Positions 40,984 to 52,937 of a stretch of DNA of 64,000 nucleotides are shown piece after piece. Source of the stretch: Eledone cirrhosa (taxonomy: Eukaryota). Each line of letters opens with the position of its first letter. Position 1 is the stretch's first letter. The DNA lies in contig OZ024757.1 in NCBI GenBank assembly GCA_964016885.1, forward strand, positions 7,874,001 through 7,938,000, written 5' to 3'. The notes under the pieces were generated by a model. It saw only the letters and a list, made by a program, of their open reading frames with translations. It ran no database searches and was not told the DNA's origin. A program made the position numbers and the translations under genes.

Positions 40984-42123
40984 TTAAGATTTCTCTGCAT
41001 GTATGAGTTTGTGAGTAGTTAGGCTACTTTTTCCAGAGAATGATATACCACAGATATCACAGTGATATGGCTTGTCTCCTGTATGGGTACGTTTGTGGCT
41101 AGTTAAGGTACTACTTTGAGAGAATGATTTACCACAGATATCACAGTGATATGGCTTGACCCCTGTATGTATACGTTTGTGGCTAGTTAAGTTACCACTT
41201 ACAGAGAATGATTTACCACAAATATCACATTGATATGGCTTGTCTCCTGTATGTATACGCTTGTGTCTATTTAAATGACCACTTACAGAGAATGATTTAC
41301 CACAGATATCACAGTTATATGGCTTGTCTCCTGTATGGGTACGTATATGGCCCGTTAAGTTACTACTTTGAGAGAATGATTTACCACAGATATCACAGTG
41401 GTATGGCTTGTCTCCTGTATGTATACGTTTGTGGTTAGTTAAGATACCATTACCAGAGAAAGATTTACCACAGATATCACAGTGATATGGCTTGTCTGCT
41501 GTATGTATACGTTTGTGGGAAGTTAAGTGACTACTTCGAGAGAATGATTTACCACAGATATCACAGTGGTATGGCTTGTCACCTGTATGGGTATGTTTGT
41601 GTCTAGTTAAGGTACTACAATCAGAGAATGATTTACCACAGATATCACAGTGGTATGGCTTGTCTCCTGTATGTATACGTTTGTGGCTAGTTAAGTAACT
41701 ACTCTCAGTGAATGATTTACCACAGATATCACAGTGATATGGCTTGTCTACTGTATGTATATGTTTGTGTCTGGTTAAGTGACTACTTTGAGAGAAATAT
41801 TTACCACAGATGTCACAGTGGTATGGCTTGTCTCCTGTATGGGTACGTAAGTGTTTAGTTAATGCATCACTTCGAGGGAATGTTTTACCACAGATCTCAC
41901 AGCGATATGGCTTCTCATCTGTAGGTAAATGGTTGTGACTAGTTAGGCTACTTTTCCCAGAGAATGATTTAGCACAGATATTACAGTGATATGGTTTGTC
42001 TCCTGTATGTATAACTTTGTGAGTAGTTAAGGTACTACGTATATTGAATGATTTACCACAGATATTGCAGTGATATGGTTTCTCTTCTCCAACCTTTGTC
42101 ATCTCACCAGGAATACTAAACAT
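40984..42123 (-). CDS. tandem C2H2 zinc-finger protein, 13 fingers (finger 2 lacks the last His); cephalopod-type expanded ZNF family
   Basis: Open frame with [13 protein letters not shown] repeats and TGDKP linkers. First in-frame ATG is at 42123; the ORF track start at 42159 is TTG. Candidate acceptor TTTCAG near 42349 and AATAAA near 40115. Confidence 0.92.
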   Translation of the reverse strand: MFSIPGEMTKVGEEKPYHCNICGKSFNIRSTLTTHKVIHTGDKPYHCNICAKSFSGKSSLTSHNHLPTDEKPYRCEICGKTFPRSDALTKHLRTHTGDKPYHCDICGKYFSQSSHLTRHKHIHTVDKPYHCDICGKSFTESSYLTSHKRIHTGDKPYHCDICGKSFSDCSTLTRHKHTHTGDKPYHCDICGKSFSRSSHLTSHKRIHTADKPYHCDICGKSFSGNGILTNHKRIHTGDKPYHCDICGKSFSQSSNLTGHIRTHTGDKPYNCDICGKSFSVSGHLNRHKRIHTGDKPYQCDICGKSFSVSGNLTSHKRIHTGVKPYHCDICGKSFSQSSTLTSHKRTHTGDKPYHCDICGISFSGKSSLTTHKLIHAEKS

Positions 42124-42639
42124 TTTCGATTGTATTTCGCATTTAACCTTTTCACTCAATTTATTTCCTATAATAATTTTATCTCCAACAGAATATACTT
42201 GTAATACTTTTTAGATTATATTCCTAAAAAATATATCTTCTATATTTCCCGCAACTGTGATTTCAGTTAATAGTCTTCAAATGATGATAAATGGAGGTGA
42301 TGTATCCGAGATTGAAAATAATAATTTATCCCAATGTCATCTGGTATTCTGAAATAAGATAGAAACAGTATGAGATAATACAGAATACTTAAGAAGCAGA
42401 GATAGATTTAACAGTGGAAATTTTATATTTCTATTTTGGTAAACTGTAGATATCAACTTTCCTGTCCAGAGTAATTCTCTCCAATGCAAACAGTTGTATT
42501 CCAGCATGTTCTATAAATGTTATCCTTCTATCTCTAGAGAAGTCTGCTCTATGGCAGTTTAGTGAAAAATTCATTCTGATAGGACTCTCTAACATAGCTA
42601 TTATCTCCTCTGCTGGTGACATGACAACACCAGTTTAAC

Positions 42640-43575
42640 TTCCATCTTTTTATTAGTAGGAGTCAATTGTTCCTCTACATCTTTTTCTTACTTCTTTTCT
42701 ATCTTCCTCTGGGAGAAATCAGCTGTGTTTAGACCAGGAGTTATGAGTCTATATGAATCCATACAATATCAGATTTCACTTGAAGTTTGATTCAGATCTC
42801 AATTGTGTTCAGACGAGAGAGGTGATGGGCTCCATCAGGTTTTTAAATATGCCTGAGAAATACTGTATGTCACTTAGAGTACCCCTACGACTCCACTAGT
42901 GTTTCATTTGTTGAGGACTAGATCTGGGTTAGCCAGCCAATTATCAATAGAAGGGAAAACAGAGCCCTGATCCCCTCAGAAAAATCGCCTTGCTCTGTGT
43001 GCTAGAAAGGTGTAGGTAGAAATTCCATTCTCTGTCCAAAATACAAACAATGGGTACACAAGAGATGTAGTGGGATCTCAGGTAAGTTAGCTAAGAATAT
43101 AGGTTTTACATGTGGCCATTGCACAGGAGCAGTAAGCAGCAAACATTCACAGGAAGCAACGATTGACTCTCGTCAAATTGGACCGAGGAAACAATGTTTC
43201 CATTGGTCTTTCCAATTGCTAATACTATCTGTCAGTCACAACTCCAGGTAGAAGGAGCAATGTGAAATAAAATGTCTTGCTCAAGGATATAACGCATCAC
43301 CCGGTCAGTGAATCGAACTCACAACCTCACGATTGCGAATCCAATTCTCTAACCACTCAGCCACACGCCTTCACAGGAAACAAGCCCTAACAAACTGTTG
43401 GAGGGTCACATAGAAGAGGTAGACAGCTTCTGTTACCTGGGTGATGATATCATCAGTGGAGAGGGGTGTTCTGAAAGTAGAGCAGCCTGAGTGAACATGG
43501 AATGGAAAAGGTTCAGGATGCTACTACCATGGCAACTTACTAAAGGCTTTTTCCTCAAAACAAAGGGCAGGTTGA
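42640..43575 (+). mobile_element. degraded RTE fragments with a nested SINE A' (43162-43372, -)
   Basis: GVGRNSILC/WVHKRC and FCYLGD remnants; reverse A/B boxes. Confidence 0.7.
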
Positions 43576-43600
43576 ATAATGCGTGTATATAAACAGTTTA

Positions 43601-43634
<34 letters not shown>

Positions 43635-43649
43635 TTCGTTTCTGAATTT

Positions 43650-44880
43650 GTTTAGCAAGATTCTTTATCTGAAATCGTGTGTTGAAACCGATATTGTTAT
43701 ACTTTGGGAGGGTCATGTTGCCAATAAGAAACACACGCACCAGTTGCTTTCACTTCAATTTATTATATATTTATAAATTTATAAATTTACAAATCTACAA
43801 ACTTATAAGTTTCTGGTTGGTTGGTTGGTTCCACAACCAGATAGTTGTTTATATATAGTCATAGTCCTTTCGTCACACACTCTGTGACCTCTTCAGTGAC
43901 TGGGGATTCCTTTCTTTGTTTCTGTGCCTTTCCTTTCTTCTGTCCTACGCTATTTTGTTTCTGTGTGTTGTGTGCCCAGTTTGCGCATGCGCCACATCCG
44001 GGTGTCTGTGTGTGTTTGTGTTCATTTATCTATTTGTTTATTTATTTATTGTTGGTTGGTTGTTTGTTCTATGTGTGTGTGTGTTTTCATTTTGTCCTTA
44101 ATTGTAAGTTGTGATGATGCTGTTCCACTCATATTTTCTATTTAATTTTGGTTGTAATTCTTTTATGCTTACTGCCTCTGTAATTTGCCTAAACATTGCA
44201 TCTTTTCTGTGTGTGGATTCTATTTTTATTTCTATGTTCTCTAATTTACCCTTGTGTTCTATCTTAGCATGTTGGTAGAGTACAGATGATTCTTTATTAT
44301 CTTGAAGGTCTCGCCAGTGTTCATTTATCCGTTCCCCTATACTACGAGCTGTCTCACCTATGTACACTATATTTTTGTTTCTATATTGTCCTTCAGTACA
44401 TCTTATGCTATACACTACATTTCTAGTTTTACAGTTAATATGGGGGCTTATTTTACAGGTTATACATTTCTTATCTATGCATGAGGGTCTTTGGAACGGG
44501 TATGTCTTGCTAATAAGTGTTTTTACGGAGGAACCTGGTCTTTCTACTATCTTAATATTGAGTTTATGTTTATTTAGGGCCCTTCTAAATTTGTAGGCTA
44601 GTTCGCCTCTAGGGGTTGTATTGATGAACATTACACTCTGGTATTTATTGCTATCATACCATGAGTTTATTCTATTGGCCTTGTTCCTAGTTCTTTCTAT
44701 TCTATTCCAAAATTTGCTCCTATACAAGGGGCAAGTCCCATTTATGTCATTATTTACCATTTTTTCCAATTTATAAATATATTTATAAATAAATTTATAA
44801 ATATATAATAAATTGAAGTGAAAGCAACTGGTGCGTGTGTTTCTTATTGGCAACATGACCCTCCCAAAGTATAACAATAT
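43650..44880 (-). mobile_element. Penelope-like retroelement remnant: C-terminal GIY-YIG endonuclease and pLTR with inverted terminal segment
   Basis: ORF to stop at 44098 has CxxxxCxxC, VVYSIRC..YIGETAR..ERINEH..EAVSIK..PKLN. Also, 43690-43790 is inverted at 44790-44880. Confidence 0.88.
43857..43901 (-). ncRNA. minimal type I hammerhead ribozyme in the Penelope pLTR
   Basis: Minus strand: AGTCA-CTGAAGA-G-GTCACA gagtg TGTGAC-GAAA-GGAC-TA-TGACT, sense to and ~200 nt downstream of the GIY-YIG stop. Confidence 0.8.
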
Positions 44881-44934
44881 ATATATATATATTTAAGAGG
44901 GTGTTAAAGTTTGCTTGAAGCATTGTGAAATGTG

Positions 44935-45423
44935 TAAAATACGTAATTTAGAAAGCCACAACAATGCAGAGGGAAATCTCGAGGTAGGAAGTGAATGATA
45001 GATAGGAGAATAGGATAAAGTGAAAATTGAGAGAGACAAAGATGAAAACAAAACAAAGGTAGAAGGGTTACCGTAGTGGAGATTTAATCCCAATATTTCG
45101 GGCTCACGCCCATCAACGGGGAAAAAGTTCCAAAAGGGGGGGAACAGGCTAAGTTGTGATGTCGTTAAAACAGGAATGTTTTAACGACATCACAACTTTC
45201 TCCGCCTAGCCTGTTCCCCCCCTTTTGGAACTCTTCCCCCGTTGATGGGCGTGAGCCCGAAATATTGGGATTAAATCTCCACTACGGTAACCTTTCTACC
45301 TTTGTTTTGTTTTCATCTTTGTCTCTCTCAATTTTCACTTTATCCTATTCTCCTACCTATCATTCACTTCCTACCTCGAGATTTCCCTCTGCATTGTTGT
45401 GGCTTTCTAAATTACGTATTTTA
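44935..45423. repeat. fold-back inverted duplication (~235 bp arms, centre ~45174)
   Basis: GTTGTGATGTCGTTAAAACA ggaa TGTTTTAACGACATCACAAC at the centre; arms near-identical. Confidence 0.92.
45235..45270 (+). ncRNA. hammerhead-like motif with non-canonical core (mirror copy 45088-45122, -)
   Basis: TCCC-CCGTTGA-T-GGGC gtga GCCC-GAAA-TATT-GGGA. Confidence 0.4.
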
Positions 45424-45474
45424 TATATATATTTATATATATATAATTGTGTGTATATATATATATATATACAT

Positions 45475-45932
45475 TAAGACAATGTCACTGGACTGAGATC
45501 TTTGGCGCTACTCAGTAATACAGAAGATCCGCCTTGCCTATGTACAAAGCGAAACCTACAGTCAGTAGGCACTTCTTAACCAAATATACACCCCCATCCC
45601 ACTATCCAACCCCCACCAACACCACCCTATCTCTGTAAAGTTATGTTGGCACCACAACATCCAGTCCTAAATAAATGAGATCGTGTAGGTGTCACAACAA
45701 AAAAACACACAGTCCACGCTGTAATGTGGCCGTGTAGGTAACATGGTAAAAACCTCCCAGTCCACACTGTAAATGTGGTTGGTGTTAGGAAGGATATCCA
45801 GCCATAGAAAACCCGCCATCTAGTCCTATAGAAGTGAGATACGGTCACCCGACCAATCTTGCCTCAAGTGGGACAATTCCCGTCTAGACCCATGCCAGCG
45901 TGGAAGGTAGACGTTAAACGATGATGATGATG
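45475..45932 (+). mobile_element. RTE family B-like 3' end
   Basis: Similar to 20595-21060. Confidence 0.82.
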
Positions 45933-45989
45933 ACAAGCAATATATATAATCTAAGTAGAATGGTATAATGAAAGCATATAATGTAGGTA

Positions 45990-47991
45990 CAGCAGTATTC
46001 TTATAAATTGCTACAAAGGTAAAGGGGATGCTCTAGAGAGGAGCAATTAGAGGGGCATAAAGCTGATGGATCAGGTTATGAAAGTGGCAGAGAGAATATT
46101 AGCGCAACTGATTAGAGAAAGGGTCAATTTAGATGAGATGCAGTTTGGTTTTGTGCCTCGGTAAAAGTACAACAGAAACCCTCTTCATAGTGAGGCAACT
46201 ACAAGAGAGGTTCTTAGAGAAGAATAAGTCACTATACATATCTTTTGTTGACCTAGAGAGGGCCTTTGATAGGGTACCCTGATCTGTCATCTGGTGGTCC
46301 CTAAGGAAACTAGGTGTAGAGGAATGCCTTGTGAGGACAGTGCTAGCTATGTACAGGGGTGCTGTCAGTAAAGTGAGAGTAGGAATGGAGTTTAGTGAGG
46401 AATTCCAGATACAAGTAGGTGTACGTCAAGGTTCGGTCCTCAGCCCACTCTTGTTCGTTATAGGCCTAAAAGCCATAACAGAGGAGTTTAAGACTGGATG
46501 CCCATGGGAACTTCTCTATGCTGATGATCTGGTTCTTATAGCAGAATCAGTGAATCAGTAGAGGGGTTAGAGAATAAATTCTGGCTATGGAAATAGCAGT
46601 TGGAATCAAGAGGCCTGAGAATGAACATAGCTTAAACAAAAGTGTTGATAAGTAGAAAAGAGGACAAAACTTTGATTCCATCGTGGAAATGGCCATGTTC
46701 GATATGTGGGAAAGGAACTGGCATAAATTCCATAAAATGTACGCAATGTAGATGTTGGGTACACAAGAGATATAGTGGGATAGCAGGCAAACAAACAGGT
46801 AGGGATAACTATGTATGCAGTAGATGTATAGGGAAAGTTGGCAGTAGTAATCGCAGTGATAAACACATTTTTCAAATACAGGTGGGTTCTAGAGATGTGG
46901 TTGATAGCTTCCGGTACCTAGGTGTAGTGACCTACATTCCGCGGGCTCACATACATTCTCTGTGCGTGATTTGGCTCAGTTCAGCCAATCAGCGCCAGTA
47001 GAAGAGGATGTATCCCTACGCGCCCTGAGGAAGAAATTCACCGCGAAGATTTGAAGAATCTCGCTCTTGTACCAGAAACTTCGAGCCAGCAACACGCATA
47101 ATGTAGCGGTGAGATATTGCACCCCTAGCCTCGCCGGCTTAACGGCGCATTGGCACATTCCCTTTTGTAACCTCTTTTTATCTGTAACTTCAACCATATA
47201 AATAAACAAACATTTCATCTCTAATTACTGCGGTTGAAGTCGTTGTTATGTTACTCGTGTCTCAATGACATCTTTAATCCATGCTGCTGGAATTGGCGAC
47301 CTGCCGAAAGGAATATTGTAAATAGATGGTAAATAGATCGAGGGACCTTCCCTCACGTCTATGTCAACAAGATAATCCAACGAGGATACTATCACTTACC
47401 ACACTGGCAACTAACGACCACTGATTCTACCACCCTGCTAAAGTGGCGATAACATCTATAACTAATACTGCTAAATAGGTGATCAGATTATCATGGGAGG
47501 GGTGTTCCGAGGCCATAGTATCTAGAATAAGGATGAGTTGGAAGAAGTTTAGGGAGCTGCTTTCTCTGTTGACAAAGAAGGGTTTGTCTCTGCATACGAA
47601 AGGATGGTTATATGATGCCGATGTGCGATGCTGCATGATAGTAAGACATGGGCAGCAACTGCAAAGGATATGTGACGGCTGGAGAGAAGCAAGCATGCTC
47701 CATTGGATGTGCAATGTCAATGTGTGTGAACGACCAAGCATAGACGAGTTGAGAAAGAAACTGGGTATTAGAGGGATAAGTTGTGGTGTGCAGGAGAGAA
47801 GACTGAGATGGTATGGACATGTGACCACTGGGTAAAGAAGTGCCAAATAATCCCAGTAGTAGGAAGACGCAGAAGAGGTAGACCACGTAAAACATGGGCG
47901 GAGGTGGTGAGAGAAGACCTCAGATCGCTAAAACTCACCGAGGAGATGACAAGTGGAGAGATGCTGTGCTGAATAGGACCTGTCCCACCCT
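45990..47991 (+). mobile_element. RTE family C, degraded, interrupted by a solo LTR
   Basis: GVRQGSVLSP, LYADD and RLRWYGHV motifs. Confidence 0.9.
46923..47475 (+). mobile_element. solo LTR (553 bp) with 4 bp TSD TAGG, Gypsy-like
   Basis: Splits the RTE FRYLG|D codons. TAGG at 46919-46922 and 47476-47479; internal AATAAA. Confidence 0.82.
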
Positions 47992-48158
47992 TATACTATA
48001 TACTAGTATTCCAGTGTTTAGGGAGAGACCGATAACATTGTTAGAACACATTGCAGCCTTGAAGAGCTGGTTTCAACAAGATTGGGTGATGAAAGTTATA
48101 GTTTTTGTAGTAGGATCTTATCACATAAGGTTTCTTCAAAGATTCTTCTAGAGTTACA

Positions 48159-48475
48159 GTCATTTATATATATGTGTGTGTTTTGAACAATGAAAATAAA
48201 ACTAGAGATAAAGATATGTTCTTAATTAGTTCATTGTTTTACGATCATTTCAGAGGTTTGATTGATCATGGTAGATTGATATATTGACAAACAGGTAGTT
48301 GTTATGTCACTAAATATTTCTAGTCTCAAAATCCCTGATCAATCACACTGTATCAATATATTGATTTACCATGATCAATCAACCCTCTGAAACGATTGTA
48401 AAACAATGAACCATATCTCAGACTTTTGTTTTATTTTCAATGTTCAATACCCACAAACACACATATATAATTGAC
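48159..48475. repeat. diverged fold-back inverted duplication
   Basis: GTTCATTGTTTTACGATCATTTCAGAGG versus CCTCTGAAACGATTGTAAAACAATGAAC. Confidence 0.75.
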
Positions 48476-48789
48476 AATTTCTTTGGAATAATTGATAAGA
48501 CTTGTGGCTGGAACAAAGTATCAGCCAGACAGTGGGTGACCTAGTAGTGAAACAGCACAGTAGATAGAGCTATTAACCCTGTAGCATTTACATTACTCTA
48601 TATTTACTATTATATTTTCATGGTAAAGTCTTTATCTCACATAATATTGAATCTATGAGACTTTGATATTACTTATTTTGAGGACAATACATTAACATCA
48701 ATATGAGCAGCGAGTTACAGCCGGTTTGAACAGAAAGAAGTGAGAGAATTCTGGCTGGATACGGCCAGTTTAAATGATAAAGGGTTAAA

Positions 48790-50090
48790 GACAAGTGACA
48801 GGCATGGAAAGACTGGAAAAATAGGGGCGTCAGACCAGGACCAGGTAGCTAAGAGAGAAGCTAGAAGACAGGTATACATAACACAGAGAGAGGCTGAAAA
48901 AGAAAGTTTGCCAACGTATTGAGACATGAGAATCAGAGGTGTGAAGTGTTCCACATTGCAAGACAGGGAAAGGTGTGTTAGAAATGACATTGGTACACTT
49001 TTCACCACTGATGCTCAAAAGAAAGAGGCCTTGAAATGTTACTATGAGAGATTGATGAATGCAGAGAATAAATTAAGAAGCAATCTTAGACTTTTGTTTT
49101 ATGTTCATTGTTCAACACACATATAATTGACATTCTCTTTGGAATTACTGATGAAACTTGTTAGTGACACAACGACAAGAGAGGTTCCTAGCCAAGATTA
49201 AGCTGCAATATTTAGCTTTTATAGATCTAGAAAAGGCCTTTGACAGAGTACCTTACTCTATTATCTGGTGGTCCTTCAGAAAATTAGGTGGAGAATGGCT
49301 TTTGAGAGCAGTGCAAGTCATGTACAGAGGAGCTGTCAGTAAAGCAAGAGTAGGAAGGGGGTTTAGTGAAGAATTCAATGTGCAGGTAGGTGTTCATCAT
49401 GGTTCAGTTCACAACCCACTGCTGTTCATCATAGTTCTCCAGGCCATAACCAATGGGTTTAAGACTGGCTGTTCACGAGAAAAGGTCTATGTGAATGATC
49501 TCGTCCTTATAGCTGAATCCATAAAAGAACTAGAGAATAAGTGACCCTACTGCATATGTAGGAAAGAAGTAGGCATAAACTGTACACAATGATAGCTTCC
49601 GCTATCTAGGTAACCTAATTAGCAGCAGAGGAGGGTGCCTCGTAAGAGAGGATAGGATTGTAGTTTAGAGAGCTACTTACACTGTTGGCAAATACAGGTT
49701 TCTCCCTACGTACAAAAATCTTGGCTGTACAATGCTTGTGTGTAAAGTGCAATATTGCATGGAAGTAAAATATGGGCAGTAACTGCAGAAGACATGCATA
49801 AGCTGGAGAGAAATGGAGCAACCATGCTTCGTTGGGTGTGCAACGTAAATGTGAGAGGAAGGCAGAGCTTGGATAAAATGAGGAAGTAATTGGTAATCAT
49901 TGGTTAAAGAAGTGCCACGGAAAACCAGAGGAGGGAAGCCATACTAGAGGGAGACCAGGGTAGATGTGGTGAGAGCTGATCTCAAATTGCTGAGACTCAC
50001 AGATGACGAAGGAACAAGCGAGTGGGGAGATGTGCTTAAAAGGACCCACCAACCCATGCCAGGATTGAAAAATGGACGTAAAACTATGAT
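48790..50090 (+). mobile_element. old degraded RTE
   Basis: AKREARRQVY, FIDLEKAFDRV and tail remnants. Confidence 0.8.
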
Positions 50091-50099
50091 GGTGTAGAT

Positions 50100-51235
50100 C
50101 AAAGGTTCTCAATGGGGGCCATGTGCAACCAGGGGGGGGGGGGCATTTTCAGAACTCCAGGGGGGCGTTTGGGAGCAATGTCGCGTTAGGGGGGCGTTTG
50201 GAGCTGGGGGAGGGGGCTAGGGGGCGCTGGGTTTTTCCATTTTTAGGATCTCAATTACCGGACATGCCTGCACACCTGCGGTCAGACTATAGTTATGTTG
50301 TCTGCAGATGTGAGCAGCTGTGCCGGCATGTCCGGTAATTGAGACGTTAACCGGTAATTGAGATACTAAAAATGGAAAAACCCACAGTCACCTGGGTCAA
50401 AGACACTTTGAGCGCAGACAGTTAGAATCTTGTCTGAAATTATTGACTCAACCGTAACGAGTTAACACTATGTAGATCTATTTTATTGACTATTGTATAA
50501 ATAATATTACAAATAGAAAAAAGAAAAGAAAAAAACAGAAGCGAGTAGAACACACACCTAGGACCACATACAACACATAATCAGATAATACACACATCTA
50601 GCACCACATACAACACATAATCAGATAATACACACATCTAGCACCACATACAACACATAATCAAATACACACATCTAGGACCACATACAACACATAATCA
50701 GATAATACACACATCTAGGACCACATACAACACATCATCAGATAATACACACATCTAGCACCACCAACACATAATCAGATAATACACACATCTAGGACCA
50801 CATACAACACATAATCAGATAATACACACATCTAGCACCACATACAACACATAATCAGATAATACACACATCTAGGACCACATACAACACATAATCAGAT
50901 AATACACACATCTAGGACCACATACAACACATCATCAGATAATACACACATCTAGGACCACATACAACACATAATCAGATAATACACACATCTAGGACCA
51001 CATACAACACATAATCAGATAATACACACATCTAGCACCACATACAACACATAATCAGATAATACACACGTGTTTGGAATATTGTTAATCAATTTTTTAG
51101 TAAACTACTGATATAAAAATCAGTAGTATATTGAAAAATTGAAAAAATACGGTGGCGGAGGGGGGGGGGGGGGGGCGTTTCATGAATTCGAGGGAGAAAA
51201 GGGGGCGTTTGGCCTAAATGGGTTGAGAACCTGTG
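50100..51235. mobile_element. non-autonomous hAT (Charlie/Buster-type) element with 8 bp TSD
   Basis: TIRs CAAAGGTTCTCAA / TTGAGAACCTGTG; TSD GTGTAGAT at 50092-50099 and 51236-51243, with central TA. Confidence 0.9.
50552..51069 (+). repeat. 40 bp tandem repeat inside the hAT MITE
   Basis: ACACACATCTAGGACCACATACAACACATAATCAGATAAT, roughly 13 copies. Confidence 0.93.
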
Positions 51236-52042
51236 GTGTAGATGAAGTAAATTAAATCAACATAGATTTAGACTAAAACGAACAAAACTTCCCTGAAACA
51301 GCAACAAGGTACAGCTAAATATAAACTATATTTTATAATGTAAGGTAGTGAACCACATAATTAAATAGACGGAGGTAATTTAAATAATAAAGATATCTTT
51401 AATTTACTTAAAGCAACAACAAGGTACAGTTAAATATAAACTATATTTTATAATGTAAGGTAGTAAACAAGATAATTAAATAGACGGAGATAATTTAATT
51501 AATAAAGACAGTCATGATAAGAATATATTTTATATCACATGTAGCAGTGGAATTTGGTTAATTACTGGATAGTTGTAGGGTTCACATAATTATATTATTT
51601 ACACACATTAATATAGACATTAAGGAAATCTTTGTCAACTTACCTCCTTCACATATAATCAATGTGTTGTGTTGTTAGTTGTTACTAAACAACCAAAGAA
51701 ATAATCTCTTTGTTATCAAATTAGAAGTTTCAATGTTATCAGCTTTATTTCACGACATTAACGTTGGTGTATCTTCTTCATCTTTAGTCATAAATTGATA
51801 TCTTGTCAGAATGAATTAGTGAGGCTGACTTTATGTCTTTAGCTACAGATTTAACAGGACATATATATATATTAGGTTGATATGTGGTCTAAAATATATA
51901 TATTGTCTATAAATGACTGATAGCAGATGTTCTGGTGAAATAGTAGTTTTACTACTACAGATTGTAATGGAACTCTTAGTAGACACAATTGTAAAGTAAG
52001 AATAGATATGACAGTGTAAGTCTGATGTCGGGGAATTAAAAT

Positions 52043-52081
<39 letters not shown>

Positions 52082-52454
52082 GTTACACAAGATATATTTA
52101 GATTAATTAAAGTTATAGTAAACAGCAAGTACACGGTGTCGTTGGAAATGATTTAACTCCCTTGCCGGTGTCATACGTTAACAGTCACTGATATAAGTTA
52201 ATGTATTCAGACACACTTCCAATCGTATTTAATTCATTGTATGTCAGAAAGTATAACTCAGTAAAATATCAATTATACATCAATAAGAAAACCTCTACGT
52301 AGTCTCTCTACCTGCTAGAAATAGCTGTGATATTATCCATTACAACTTAGTTTTTTGTTTAAAATCTCCAAAGTTTAGTTATACAATCAACAGTAAATCT
52401 TTTGTACAGACTTCGGAATAAACTGGAAGACCGTCAGAATATCATTCTCCCTGT

Positions 52455-52567
<113 letters not shown>

Positions 52568-52900
52568 TTAGGTTTGTTGGCTCACCACTGGATAGAACTG
52601 GTCATTCCGTATAGTCAACCTTGATATAATATTAGGGAGAGCACTCGACGTAATCCTATATTTCAGGTTATTGTTATCATGACTGTCTTTATTATTTGGT
52701 CTGAGAGTCGGCCCTTGTGGCCAATAAATGAAATCATTATTTGGTCTGAGTTCAAATCCTGCCGAGGTTAACTTTGCCTTTCATCCTTACGCGGTCGATA
52801 AAATAAAGTACCAGTCACGCACTGAGGTCGATTTAATCGACTTTCCCCTCCCCCCAAATTGCAGGCTATATCTGTTGTGTAACAATTTATATATATATAT

Positions 52901-52937
<37 letters not shown>

